This document shows, piece after piece, positions 1 through 7,546 of a stretch of DNA of 64,000 nt. The notes under the pieces were generated by a model, which was given only the letters and a program-made list of their open reading frames with translations, was not told the origin of the DNA and did not search any database. The translations under genes were made by a program, and so were the position numbers. Source of the DNA: Myxococcota bacterium (GTDB lineage Bacteria; Myxococcota_A; Polyangia; Polyangiales; Houyiibacteriaceae); contig JBCCEA010000010.1 in the NCBI GenBank assembly GCA_039030515.1, forward strand, positions 1 to 64,000. Direction: 5' to 3'. Each line of letters starts with the position of its first letter. Positions within the stretch are counted from its first letter, which is position 1.

Positions 1-741
1 CCAAAGATAGGGCAAAAGGCCGATACATCCGCCGACGATCGCGTGTAGGCACCCGGTGCGGCCGATGCGGCTCGTGCAAACTAGATGCAATAAACGAGGA
101 AGAATGCATAGGGCCGCCACGAGGGCGATCACCGGATTGGCCGCAGCAGACAAGCCGAAGAAGAGTCCTGCGTTCATCCAGGCGCCTTTGGGCGAAGGTG
201 CCGCCGGGCTTTGTAGAATGCGAAACATCTTCGCCAAGCCGCAGAGGGCCAGCAGCGTCGCGAGCGGGTAGACCTCGGTTCGCGTGGCTGGCTCCCAAAA
301 GACGGCATGCGACAGGGTCACCAGCAAGAAGAGCAGACGGTAGACCGAGCGAAGCATGCTTGCGTGCCGAGAGGACGGACCTGGATCTGCCTGCGTCTGG
401 TCTGTACGCCGTCGGTCCGCGGCGCCGAGGTCGGCAAGCGCGAGGATCGGCCAAACGAAAAGCGAGGTGGCGAGGGCCGAAAGTAGATTCAGGGCTTGCG
501 GCTCGTCCACGGGCCACAGTCTGCTCGCGAGATGCCCCAACAGGGTATGCAGTGGCTGACCCGGCGGATGTCCGAGCCCAGGCAGCTTGGCGACTAGGGC
601 GAGCTCTGCACTGTCGTAAAACATCAGGCCTGGCGCGCCGCTCACCGAGTAGTACCCAAAGAGCGTGAGGCATGCGGTCCAGCCAAGTCGCACTGAAGAT
701 ACGGAGCGTGAAAGCGTACTCCAGGGCGTCTTGTGGTTCAC
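1..741 (-). CDS. DUF2723/TMEM260-like membrane protein (putative GT-C glycosyltransferase); 3' end runs off the window
   Basis: Not in the ORF track because it has no stop in the window. Manual minus-strand translation from GTG 741 (GGAG upstream) gives ...MFYDSAELALVAKLPGLGHPPGQPLHTLLGHL...FWEPATRTEVY...GLFFGLSAAANP...IGLLPYLW. This matches the DSxE...HPPGxPL and FW..A...EVY motifs of DUF2723, with several hydrophobic helices. Confidence 0.8.
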   Translation of the reverse strand, partial: MNHKTPWSTLSRSVSSVRLGWTACLTLFGYYSVSGAPGLMFYDSAELALVAKLPGLGHPPGQPLHTLLGHLASRLWPVDEPQALNLLSALATSLFVWPILALADLGAADRRRTDQTQADPGPSSRHASMLRSVYRLLFLLVTLSHAVFWEPATRTEVYPLATLLALCGLAKMFRILQSPAAPSPKGAWMNAGLFFGLSAAANPVIALVAALCILPRLLHLVCTSRIGRTGCLHAIVGGCIGLLPYLW

Positions 742-766
742 CGCCACACTCCGCGCGCAAGGCCGT

Positions 767-1852
767 TCACCGGGAACCTCCGCTGCTCGACCTAGATTCG
801 GTCTGCAGCGGTCGATAGACCTGCATCACCCCTCCGCTTGAGGCGACGAGGAGCTGCACTCCCCAAATCACGAGTGAGGCGGCAAGGGCGTCTGAACGAG
901 GCATGTCGAGCACCAATCTGCAGAGCTCGACGAATGCTGCTTCACGGGCACCGGCTCCCCCGACCGTAAAGGGGAGAAAGGAGGACGCGGCAGCGATCGG
1001 CAAGATGACAACGGCTGCTGCCAAGGTGGTCTGCGGCGCGATGCCGATGAGGATCACGTATCCCGTGAGGGCAACCCCGACTTGAACCGCCAGGGAGAGC
1101 AGTAGGGCAAGGCCCACCCAAATCGGCCTTTGGACGCTCGAGATCTGCTGCAGGGCGGCTTGAAATCGGCCGGGAACCCATGTTCGGACTCGACCGAGTA
1201 AAAGGGGCAGCGCCGCGCCCGCGATGCCAACGAAGATACCGGCGATGGAGATCATCGAGATATGAACTCGCTCGACCTGAATCGAGCTAGCGACGTCCCC
1301 TGAAAGCGAAAGCAGAGCGGCCGCGACCAAGATGAGGAGCCCCGAAAGTCCGGACAGTCGCTCGAGAAAGACGGTGGTGATCGAGGCGAAGGTGCCGCCC
1401 CGAGTAAGGGTGCCGTTCGAGGTAGGGGCGTTGTGTGAAGTCGCAACCCCGCCCGAAGTCGCAACCTCAACTGAGGAGAAGTGCTTGCGGGTGGCGAGGC
1501 CGCGCACGAGATCGCCTCCTACGCCTCCCGGCAAGAAGGAGTTGTAGAAGAAGCCCACAAAGTACAGGTGCAGAAGTCGCCCAAACGGCGGCGCACTACT
1601 GAGGCCGATCGCGAAAAAGAGCACGCGCCAACGGAGCGTGCCGATCGTCAGATTGAGAGTCACCATTCCGACCGCAAGGGCGATATGACTGAGGGGAATG
1701 CGGCCGGCCGATTCAAGCGCGGGCCTCAGGTCCACCACGAAGATGAGATAGGCGAAACCCAATGCGGTTCCAAGCCACTGGAGGAGCCTCCAGAGTCGCC
1801 TCGAATGAAGCCTCGGGAACGCTTTCGGTTGTGGAAACTTGGCTTCGCTCAC
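767..1852 (-). CDS. Lysylphosphatidylglycerol synthase TM region / flippase-like membrane protein (YbhN/AglD-like)
   Basis: LRWRVL, GFFYNSFLPGGVGGDLVR, VFLERLSG and PFTVGGAGAREAAF motifs; polytopic; GTGA overlap with the kinase stop. Confidence 0.85.
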   Translation of the reverse strand: MSEAKFPQPKAFPRLHSRRLWRLLQWLGTALGFAYLIFVVDLRPALESAGRIPLSHIALAVGMVTLNLTIGTLRWRVLFFAIGLSSAPPFGRLLHLYFVGFFYNSFLPGGVGGDLVRGLATRKHFSSVEVATSGGVATSHNAPTSNGTLTRGGTFASITTVFLERLSGLSGLLILVAAALLSLSGDVASSIQVERVHISMISIAGIFVGIAGAALPLLLGRVRTWVPGRFQAALQQISSVQRPIWVGLALLLSLAVQVGVALTGYVILIGIAPQTTLAAAVVILPIAAASSFLPFTVGGAGAREAAFVELCRLVLDMPRSDALAASLVIWGVQLLVASSGGVMQVYRPLQTESRSSSGGSR

Positions 1853-4008
1853 CGGAATTCTATCGAGTGATGCACGCTCTCATTTGCGGGAACATGGATC
1901 ACTCTACGGGCTGTTCGGTTCTGCGACCGGTCTTGGCAGCGTATGGTGACAGCGCCGGCCTGGACCTGCAGATTGCGAATCGGCGTCGATCCGACCTGTC
2001 GACCGTTGACGGTAGCGCGGCACTGCGGAGTGGCATCGACACTGAGGGTACCCGTCGCCCCGTCGCTTGCGGCTTTTGAAGCTTGGTGTTTCCGCGGCGC
2101 GTCGCGATCGGCGGACTGGTCGCGCGTCAGCCTGATCTCTGCCGCCCGAGTCTCTCCCTTTTGGAGTCGCAATCCCGAGGTTTGTGTCAGGTAGCCCCCA
2201 CGGGAAATACGGACGCGACGGCGACCTGGAATTAGCCTGAGGTCCCAGGGACTCTCGCCCGGGTAGGCGCGTTCGTCGATGGTCAATTGCGCATCGGGAG
2301 GATGCACCACGAGGAGAAGACGGGCTTCATCCTCGCCGCCGGCAGTGGGCCCTAGCAGGATGGGCTCGAGTTCGATGTGCTTTGATTCAAACGCCCCGGA
2401 CTCCAGGTTCACTACGAAGGTAGCCGGCTCAAAATCGTCTCGCACCAAGACGATTTTGTGGCCCACGCCGGGGGTGAGCTCTGAAATCGTGGTCGGGGTC
2501 CGCTCGCCGGTGCGGTGGCCGTCGAGCATGACTTCTGCGCCTTCGGGGCTCGTCTGAATCCTCAAGACGGCCATCGCTTCGATCTCCATCGCCTGCAAAG
2601 TCATGCGTACCGGAAGGTGACTGCGGTCTACCGTGACCTCTTTGCGGGCCGGACGATATCCCTCGCGAGTCACGCCGATCGCGTAGGTTCCAAAGGGTAG
2701 ACTCCCAAGGGACACTGGAGTTCGATGAGGTGTCAGGGTGCCATCGATCCAGACGGTGGCTCCACTTGGTTCGCTCCGAAGCGCGATCGTGCCCTGCTGT
2801 GCGTCTCGAAAGTGCTGCACGGAGTACAGTGTGAATGCAGCGACGAGAAGCATCCCCATGAGCGCTACCAGGCCGAGCCTTGGGCTGAAGCCTTTTGGTT
2901 TTTCTTGCGGATCTTGCCCGGTCGAGGTCCAGCTGCGTCCTTTGTCGACTCTGCGCTCTATCAGCGTGCCTGCGAGTCTTCTGTCGTGTCGTAGCGCTTC
3001 GCTGTGTTCTTCTAGCTGCTCCGCAAAAAGATCTCGCATCCACTGTGAAAGCGGCATCGGGCTCACGATATGGCGCTCTTCTCGAATGCAGTGCTCTAGA
3101 TCTTCCTGCAGGTCCGATGCGCGGAGGTAGCGTACATCGCGATCCTTCGCGAGACATCGCGCGATGATGCCGTCCAATTTGGGTGAAATCGACGGGTTCA
3201 AGCTACTCGCGGCCGGGTAGGTGCTCTCCGTGATGCGCTGCAGGGTCTCTTTAGCGTTTGGCGCGCGAAAAAGACGTTTTCCGGTGCAGAGCTCAAAGAG
3301 AATCACCCCGAGAGAGAAGATGTCGGTGCGCTGGTCGATCGTTTCGCCACGCGCCTGCTCTGGGCTCATGTAGGGAATCTTGCCTTTGCGCGCATGGACT
3401 CCGGTTTCGATAGGACCAGAGTGTCGGGCCCGGGCGATGCCGAAGTCGACGAGTTTGATCCCCCCGTTGAACGTCACGAGAATATTTTGAGGCGTGACGT
3501 CTCGGTGGATGATGCCCATCTCGATCCCGTCGAGATCACGGGTTTCGTGGGCGTAAGAAAGACCCTTGGCGCAGCCGAGGACGATATGAAGCGCATGCTC
3601 CAAAGGAAAGTAGGTCACCCCCTTTGCCTTCATTTGCCGCACGATCGATCGGAGGTCCTGACCGTGGACATACTCCATCGCGATGTAGGGCTCTCCCTCG
3701 ACAACACCGACATCATAGATGTGCGCGACGTTCGGGTGGTTGAGGGACGCCGCGATGCGCGCCTCGCTCTTCAGCATCTCGACGAACTTGGCGTCGCTCG
3801 CCAGCTTGGGCAGCACCCGCTTGACCACCACCAACTTCTCGAATCCCGCCATCGAATGCTGCAGGGCGAGAAAAAGCTCCGCCATCCCGCCTACCGCAAG
3901 ACGCTGAAGCAGCGTGTATTTGCCAAAAGGACGGGGAAAGACGTCTTCAGTCGGCCGCTCGGCGTCTGGCTGGATGCTCTCGGTAGTTGGCGAGGCTGAT
4001 TCTGACAC
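1849..4008 (-). CDS. Membrane-anchored Hanks-type Ser/Thr protein kinase with four C-terminal PEGA domains
   Basis: LAVGGMAELF, VVVK, HRDVTPQN, DFG and YMSPEQ motifs; TM segment LGLVALMGMLLVAAFTLY; PEGA repeats (SEPSGATVWIDG, TSPEGAEVMLDG, HPPDAQLTIDE, ATPQCRATVNG). Start uncertain (GTG 4008 chosen; ORF is open to 4119). Confidence 0.92.
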   Translation of the reverse strand: MSESASPTTESIQPDAERPTEDVFPRPFGKYTLLQRLAVGGMAELFLALQHSMAGFEKLVVVKRVLPKLASDAKFVEMLKSEARIAASLNHPNVAHIYDVGVVEGEPYIAMEYVHGQDLRSIVRQMKAKGVTYFPLEHALHIVLGCAKGLSYAHETRDLDGIEMGIIHRDVTPQNILVTFNGGIKLVDFGIARARHSGPIETGVHARKGKIPYMSPEQARGETIDQRTDIFSLGVILFELCTGKRLFRAPNAKETLQRITESTYPAASSLNPSISPKLDGIIARCLAKDRDVRYLRASDLQEDLEHCIREERHIVSPMPLSQWMRDLFAEQLEEHSEALRHDRRLAGTLIERRVDKGRSWTSTGQDPQEKPKGFSPRLGLVALMGMLLVAAFTLYSVQHFRDAQQGTIALRSEPSGATVWIDGTLTPHRTPVSLGSLPFGTYAIGVTREGYRPARKEVTVDRSHLPVRMTLQAMEIEAMAVLRIQTSPEGAEVMLDGHRTGERTPTTISELTPGVGHKIVLVRDDFEPATFVVNLESGAFESKHIELEPILLGPTAGGEDEARLLLVVHPPDAQLTIDERAYPGESPWDLRLIPGRRRVRISRGGYLTQTSGLRLQKGETRAAEIRLTRDQSADRDAPRKHQASKAASDGATGTLSVDATPQCRATVNGRQVGSTPIRNLQVQAGAVTIRCQDRSQNRTARRVIHVPANESVHHSIEFR

Positions 4009-4152
4009 GAACTGTGGTTCTGCCTGGCGAGTCCCGTACTCACGTTGATTTAGGAAAAGTATGCCACGCTCGGACCGCGAAGTGTCAACCAATGGATTCG
4101 CGTGGCATTCCGCTCGCAAACGGTCTCGAACCGCTCGCCTTTCCGCAACGCT

Positions 4153-5178
4153 TTAGCGCGAGGCGTTTGCCAAGTGTCTCTCGATCTGCAGCAGAGGTTC
4201 GCTGGCGCGTAGGTCCTCTGCGGAGAGCCGCAGATCCACGCTGGGTTCGTTGCTGAGCCACGTGCGCTGCCGCTTGGCGTAGATCCAGGTGGCCTTCCAC
4301 ACCCGCTTGCGTGCCTCGTCAAAGGGGGTCTGCTCCCGCAAGTGCTGCTGCAGCTGCCTGTATCCCACGCTGCGAAGCGGGCGGATCTCATCGCCGTACC
4401 GCGCACGCAGGCAGCGAACTTCGTCCAGCCAGCCGAGGTCAAGCATCTCCTGCAGACGTCGCTCAAGCCGCGTCCGATGCAGGGCCCGGTCGAGCTCCAG
4501 TGCGATGCACAAGCTGCGGTAGCGTGGTCTGCCGAGTGCATGCGCGGCTCTCAAAGAGCCCAGTGAAGATCCGGTTTGAGCGAATACCTCGAGTGCGCGG
4601 ACGATGCGAAGGCGATCGTTTGGATGGATTTTGGCTGCCGCCATCGGATCGACCGCTCGGAGGCGATCGTGCATCTTATCGCCGAGCTGTTTGGCCTCAC
4701 ACTCTAATTTTGCCCTCAGTTCCGGGTCCACTTCGGGTACCTCGACCAGACCGCGAAGCAACGCTCGGAGCCACAGACCGGTTCCTCCGACCACGATGGG
4801 GACCTTGCCCCGGCCGGCGATCTCCTCGATCGACCGGTCGGCTAGGGCGGCAAAGCCGGCAGCGTCGATCGCTTCGGTTGGCTCGAGGACGTCGATCAGA
4901 TGATGCGGAACGCCTCGAAGTTCGCCGGGTGTCGGCTTTGCGGAGCCGATGTCCAAGCCGCGGTAGATCTGAACGCTGTCCGCGCCGATCAGCTCACCGT
5001 TGAAGCGCTCCGCGAGCCGGACTGCGCTTTCTGTTTTACCGGTTCCGGTGCTTCCCGACACGACCAAAATGGAGGTGGCGCTCGGCCCGGGCGCGCTCGG
5101 TCGCAAGGTCAGGTTTGCAGTTTCAGGGGGCGACATATCGGGGTGTTCGCGGCGCATATCTGGGTGTTCGCAGGGCAT
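4153..5178 (-). CDS. miaA: tRNA dimethylallyltransferase
   Basis: GSTGTGKT P-loop, DSVQIYRGLDIGSAKP, VGGTGLWL, YAKRQRTW; directly downstream of mutL. Candidate ATG starts at 5178, 5157 and 5136. Confidence 0.97.
   Translation of the reverse strand: MPCEHPDMRREHPDMSPPETANLTLRPSAPGPSATSILVVSGSTGTGKTESAVRLAERFNGELIGADSVQIYRGLDIGSAKPTPGELRGVPHHLIDVLEPTEAIDAAGFAALADRSIEEIAGRGKVPIVVGGTGLWLRALLRGLVEVPEVDPELRAKLECEAKQLGDKMHDRLRAVDPMAAAKIHPNDRLRIVRALEVFAQTGSSLGSLRAAHALGRPRYRSLCIALELDRALHRTRLERRLQEMLDLGWLDEVRCLRARYGDEIRPLRSVGYRQLQQHLREQTPFDEARKRVWKATWIYAKRQRTWLSNEPSVDLRLSAEDLRASEPLLQIERHLANASR
5134..5178. repeat. 21-bp imperfect tandem duplication over the miaA start
   Basis: catatcggggtgttcgcggcg / catatctgggtgttcgcaggg / cat; encodes MPCEHPD-MRREHPD-M. 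Confidence 0.85.
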
Positions 5179-5182
5179 GTCG

Positions 5183-7237
5183 TCAGCGTCCCAAACGTCG
5201 CTCGATCTCCTTGAAGCCCACTCGAAACACAACCGGGCGCCCGTGAGGACAGTGCGTCCCGAAGTCCTCTACCTCGGCAAGCTTGCGCACGAGCGCTTCG
5301 CATTCCGGCAGCGACAAGGTGTCTCCTCCTCGAATGGAACCGTGGCAGGCCATGGTGGCCAGTATCATATCCGCTGCATCGCCAAAGGCTCGATCTCCCG
5401 TACGCATCAACTCGGATACCGCATCTCGGAGCACTCGGTCGGGCGGCGCGTTGCGTACCAAGACCGGAATCGCGTGCACACTGACCGTGCATGGGCCGAT
5501 CCGGTCTGCTTCCAATCCCAGCTCGAGTAGCGCGTTTGCGTGTTCCTCCACAAAGGCGGCTTCATCCTCGCTGAGTTCGGTCCGCTCCGGAAACAGAAGC
5601 CGCTGCATCGCAACCCGCCGCTCGAGGTAGGAGCGCTTCAGTTCATCAAAGCGTATGCGTTCGTCGGCCGCGTGCTGATCGAGGATGCAAATCCCGTCGC
5701 GCTCCTCGCATACGAGAAACATTTTACGTACCTGTCCGAGTACCCGGAGGATGCTTCCTCGCTCGAGGGGGAGCCCCAGTGAGGTCGATGGACCCTGTGA
5801 ATTCGGCAGATTCTGTGCATCGGAGGAGCCCAGCGAAGCGGATGGACTCCATAGCGTAGGGAGGCTCGACAACATCGACTGGCTCGGCGCAACCGGTCCC
5901 GCGGGTCCTCGGCTCGCGTCCCTCACCGCGCTGTCCGCTCGGGTCGCCCTCGAGTGCGCGTAGTCCATGGCGCCCGACGGCGGCGTCCTGCCTGAATCGT
6001 GAAACTCATGCGTCCCGCCCGATTTTGCAGCGAACATCGACGCTTCCGATAGAGCCGATCCCTGCGCTTTTTGCCCGCTGAGATCCCATGGATCGGCAGG
6101 CTCGCTTACGCTGCTTGCGTTTCCAGCGACGGGGCTGCCGGAAAGGGGCAAGTTGCGGGGTTCCCACGGCGCCTGCTGCAGACCGAGTTTTGCGTTCCAG
6201 TAGTCCTGAGCGTCGTCCTTGGCACGCACGGTGCGGCTTTTCCCAGGACCGCTCCAGGCTCGGGTTCCCATCGAGTGCGCGATCATCTGCGTTACGGAGT
6301 CGTAGACCGCGCTGCTGTGGAATCGCACCTCCGATTTCTGCGGGTGCACATTGACGTCCACATCGCTCGAGGCGACCCGAAGCTGCACCGCACCGATCGG
6401 GTACTTCCCGGGCGGAAGCACGCTGCCGTAGGCGAACGCAACCGCGCGGGCGAGGCGCCTGTCGCGCACCGGGCGACCGTTGACGAAGACATGCAGCCCA
6501 TTGGTGCCCGAGCGACAGTGCTCCGGCGGACTGAGCACCGCCACCAGCGACACCCCATCGACCTCCGCTTCGACGACCTGTGGCCCCGTGATGGAGAGGA
6601 CCTCCAGGGTCCGCGTCCTGAAGTCCGAAGTAGGCAGGTAGGTCGCACCGCGCTTCCCGTCCCGCATCAAAGTGAGCCGCAGCTCCGGAGCCGAAAGGGC
6701 CGTTCGCCTGCAGATGTCTCCGATGTGTGCGCTCTCCGTGGTCGTCGATTTGAGGAATTTCCGGCGCACCGGAACGTTGAAAAAAAGGTCGCGGACTTCG
6801 ACCGAGGTTCCCTTCGCACATCCCACTTCAAGCGCTCTTGGTTGCCCCTCGTCGTCGACGCGAATCTCCACGCCGGCAAGGGCCTCGGCGGTCCGAGTGC
6901 GCAGCGAAAATCTCGATACCGACGCGATGGAGGGGAGCGCTTCTCCCCGAAATCCCAGCGTTTCAAGGGCCTCTAAATCTTCGAACCGGGCGATCTTGCT
7001 CGTTGCGTGCCGCATGAGCGCCCGGGTCGCGTCCTCCGAGTTCATGCCCACCCCGTCGTCGGTCACCCGAATCAAGCGGGTGCCGCCCTGCTCGAGTTCA
7101 ACCTGTATCGAGGCGGCACCGGCGTCTAACGCGTTTTCAAGCAGTTCCTTGACGACATTGGCGGGTCGCTCGACAACCTCTCCCGCCTTGATCTTGTTGA
7201 CCAGCGCGTTGTCGAGAATCTTCACTCTGCCGGGCAT
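5183..7237 (-). CDS. mutL: DNA mismatch repair endonuclease MutL
   Basis: KIKAGEVVERPANVVKELLENALDAG, HATSKI, GFRGEAL, DVNVHPQKSEVRF; C-terminal DQHAADER, ACH and CPHGRP motifs. Confidence 0.98.
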   Translation of the reverse strand: MPGRVKILDNALVNKIKAGEVVERPANVVKELLENALDAGAASIQVELEQGGTRLIRVTDDGVGMNSEDATRALMRHATSKIARFEDLEALETLGFRGEALPSIASVSRFSLRTRTAEALAGVEIRVDDEGQPRALEVGCAKGTSVEVRDLFFNVPVRRKFLKSTTTESAHIGDICRRTALSAPELRLTLMRDGKRGATYLPTSDFRTRTLEVLSITGPQVVEAEVDGVSLVAVLSPPEHCRSGTNGLHVFVNGRPVRDRRLARAVAFAYGSVLPPGKYPIGAVQLRVASSDVDVNVHPQKSEVRFHSSAVYDSVTQMIAHSMGTRAWSGPGKSRTVRAKDDAQDYWNAKLGLQQAPWEPRNLPLSGSPVAGNASSVSEPADPWDLSGQKAQGSALSEASMFAAKSGGTHEFHDSGRTPPSGAMDYAHSRATRADSAVRDASRGPAGPVAPSQSMLSSLPTLWSPSASLGSSDAQNLPNSQGPSTSLGLPLERGSILRVLGQVRKMFLVCEERDGICILDQHAADERIRFDELKRSYLERRVAMQRLLFPERTELSEDEAAFVEEHANALLELGLEADRIGPCTVSVHAIPVLVRNAPPDRVLRDAVSELMRTGDRAFGDAADMILATMACHGSIRGGDTLSLPECEALVRKLAEVEDFGTHCPHGRPVVFRVGFKEIERRLGR

Positions 7238-7442
7238 CGCCACCGCCTCTTGTTTCGCGTGTCACCATGCACTTGCGGGCTGCAAGAATGGAGGACGCCT
7301 TGAGGCCGCTTACCGCCTCGCGCGTCGTCGTCAAGTAGCGCTTCAGCAGCATGCTGCCGCAATCCTTCCCGAGCTCCGCGGCCTACTGTTCGCTCGGGCC
7401 GTATGCGGCTTCGATGTCTCTTGGGCTAACTTGTTCGCTCGG

Positions 7443-7500
7443 GTTTTGATTGCCGGCCTGAGTTTTGGTTGCCGGCCTGGTTTTGGTTTGCCCGGCCGGG
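7443..7500. repeat. Three degenerate ~19-bp tandem units in the mutL/sppA divergent intergenic region
   Basis: gttttgattgccggcctga / gttttggttgccggcctg / gttttggtttgcccggccggg. Confidence 0.75.
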
Positions 7501-7546
7501 GTCTCCTTTGCCTGCCGGGTGAGCGCTGTGGTATGCAGGTTGCTCG

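Noticed and set aside
56..668. Plus-strand ORFs at the left edge
   Set aside because: They lie antisense to the DUF2723 gene, which carries family motifs.
7441..7520. Repeats as a possible mini-CRISPR array
   Set aside because: Units abut without unique spacers, are shorter than typical CRISPR repeats, and there are no cas genes in the window.
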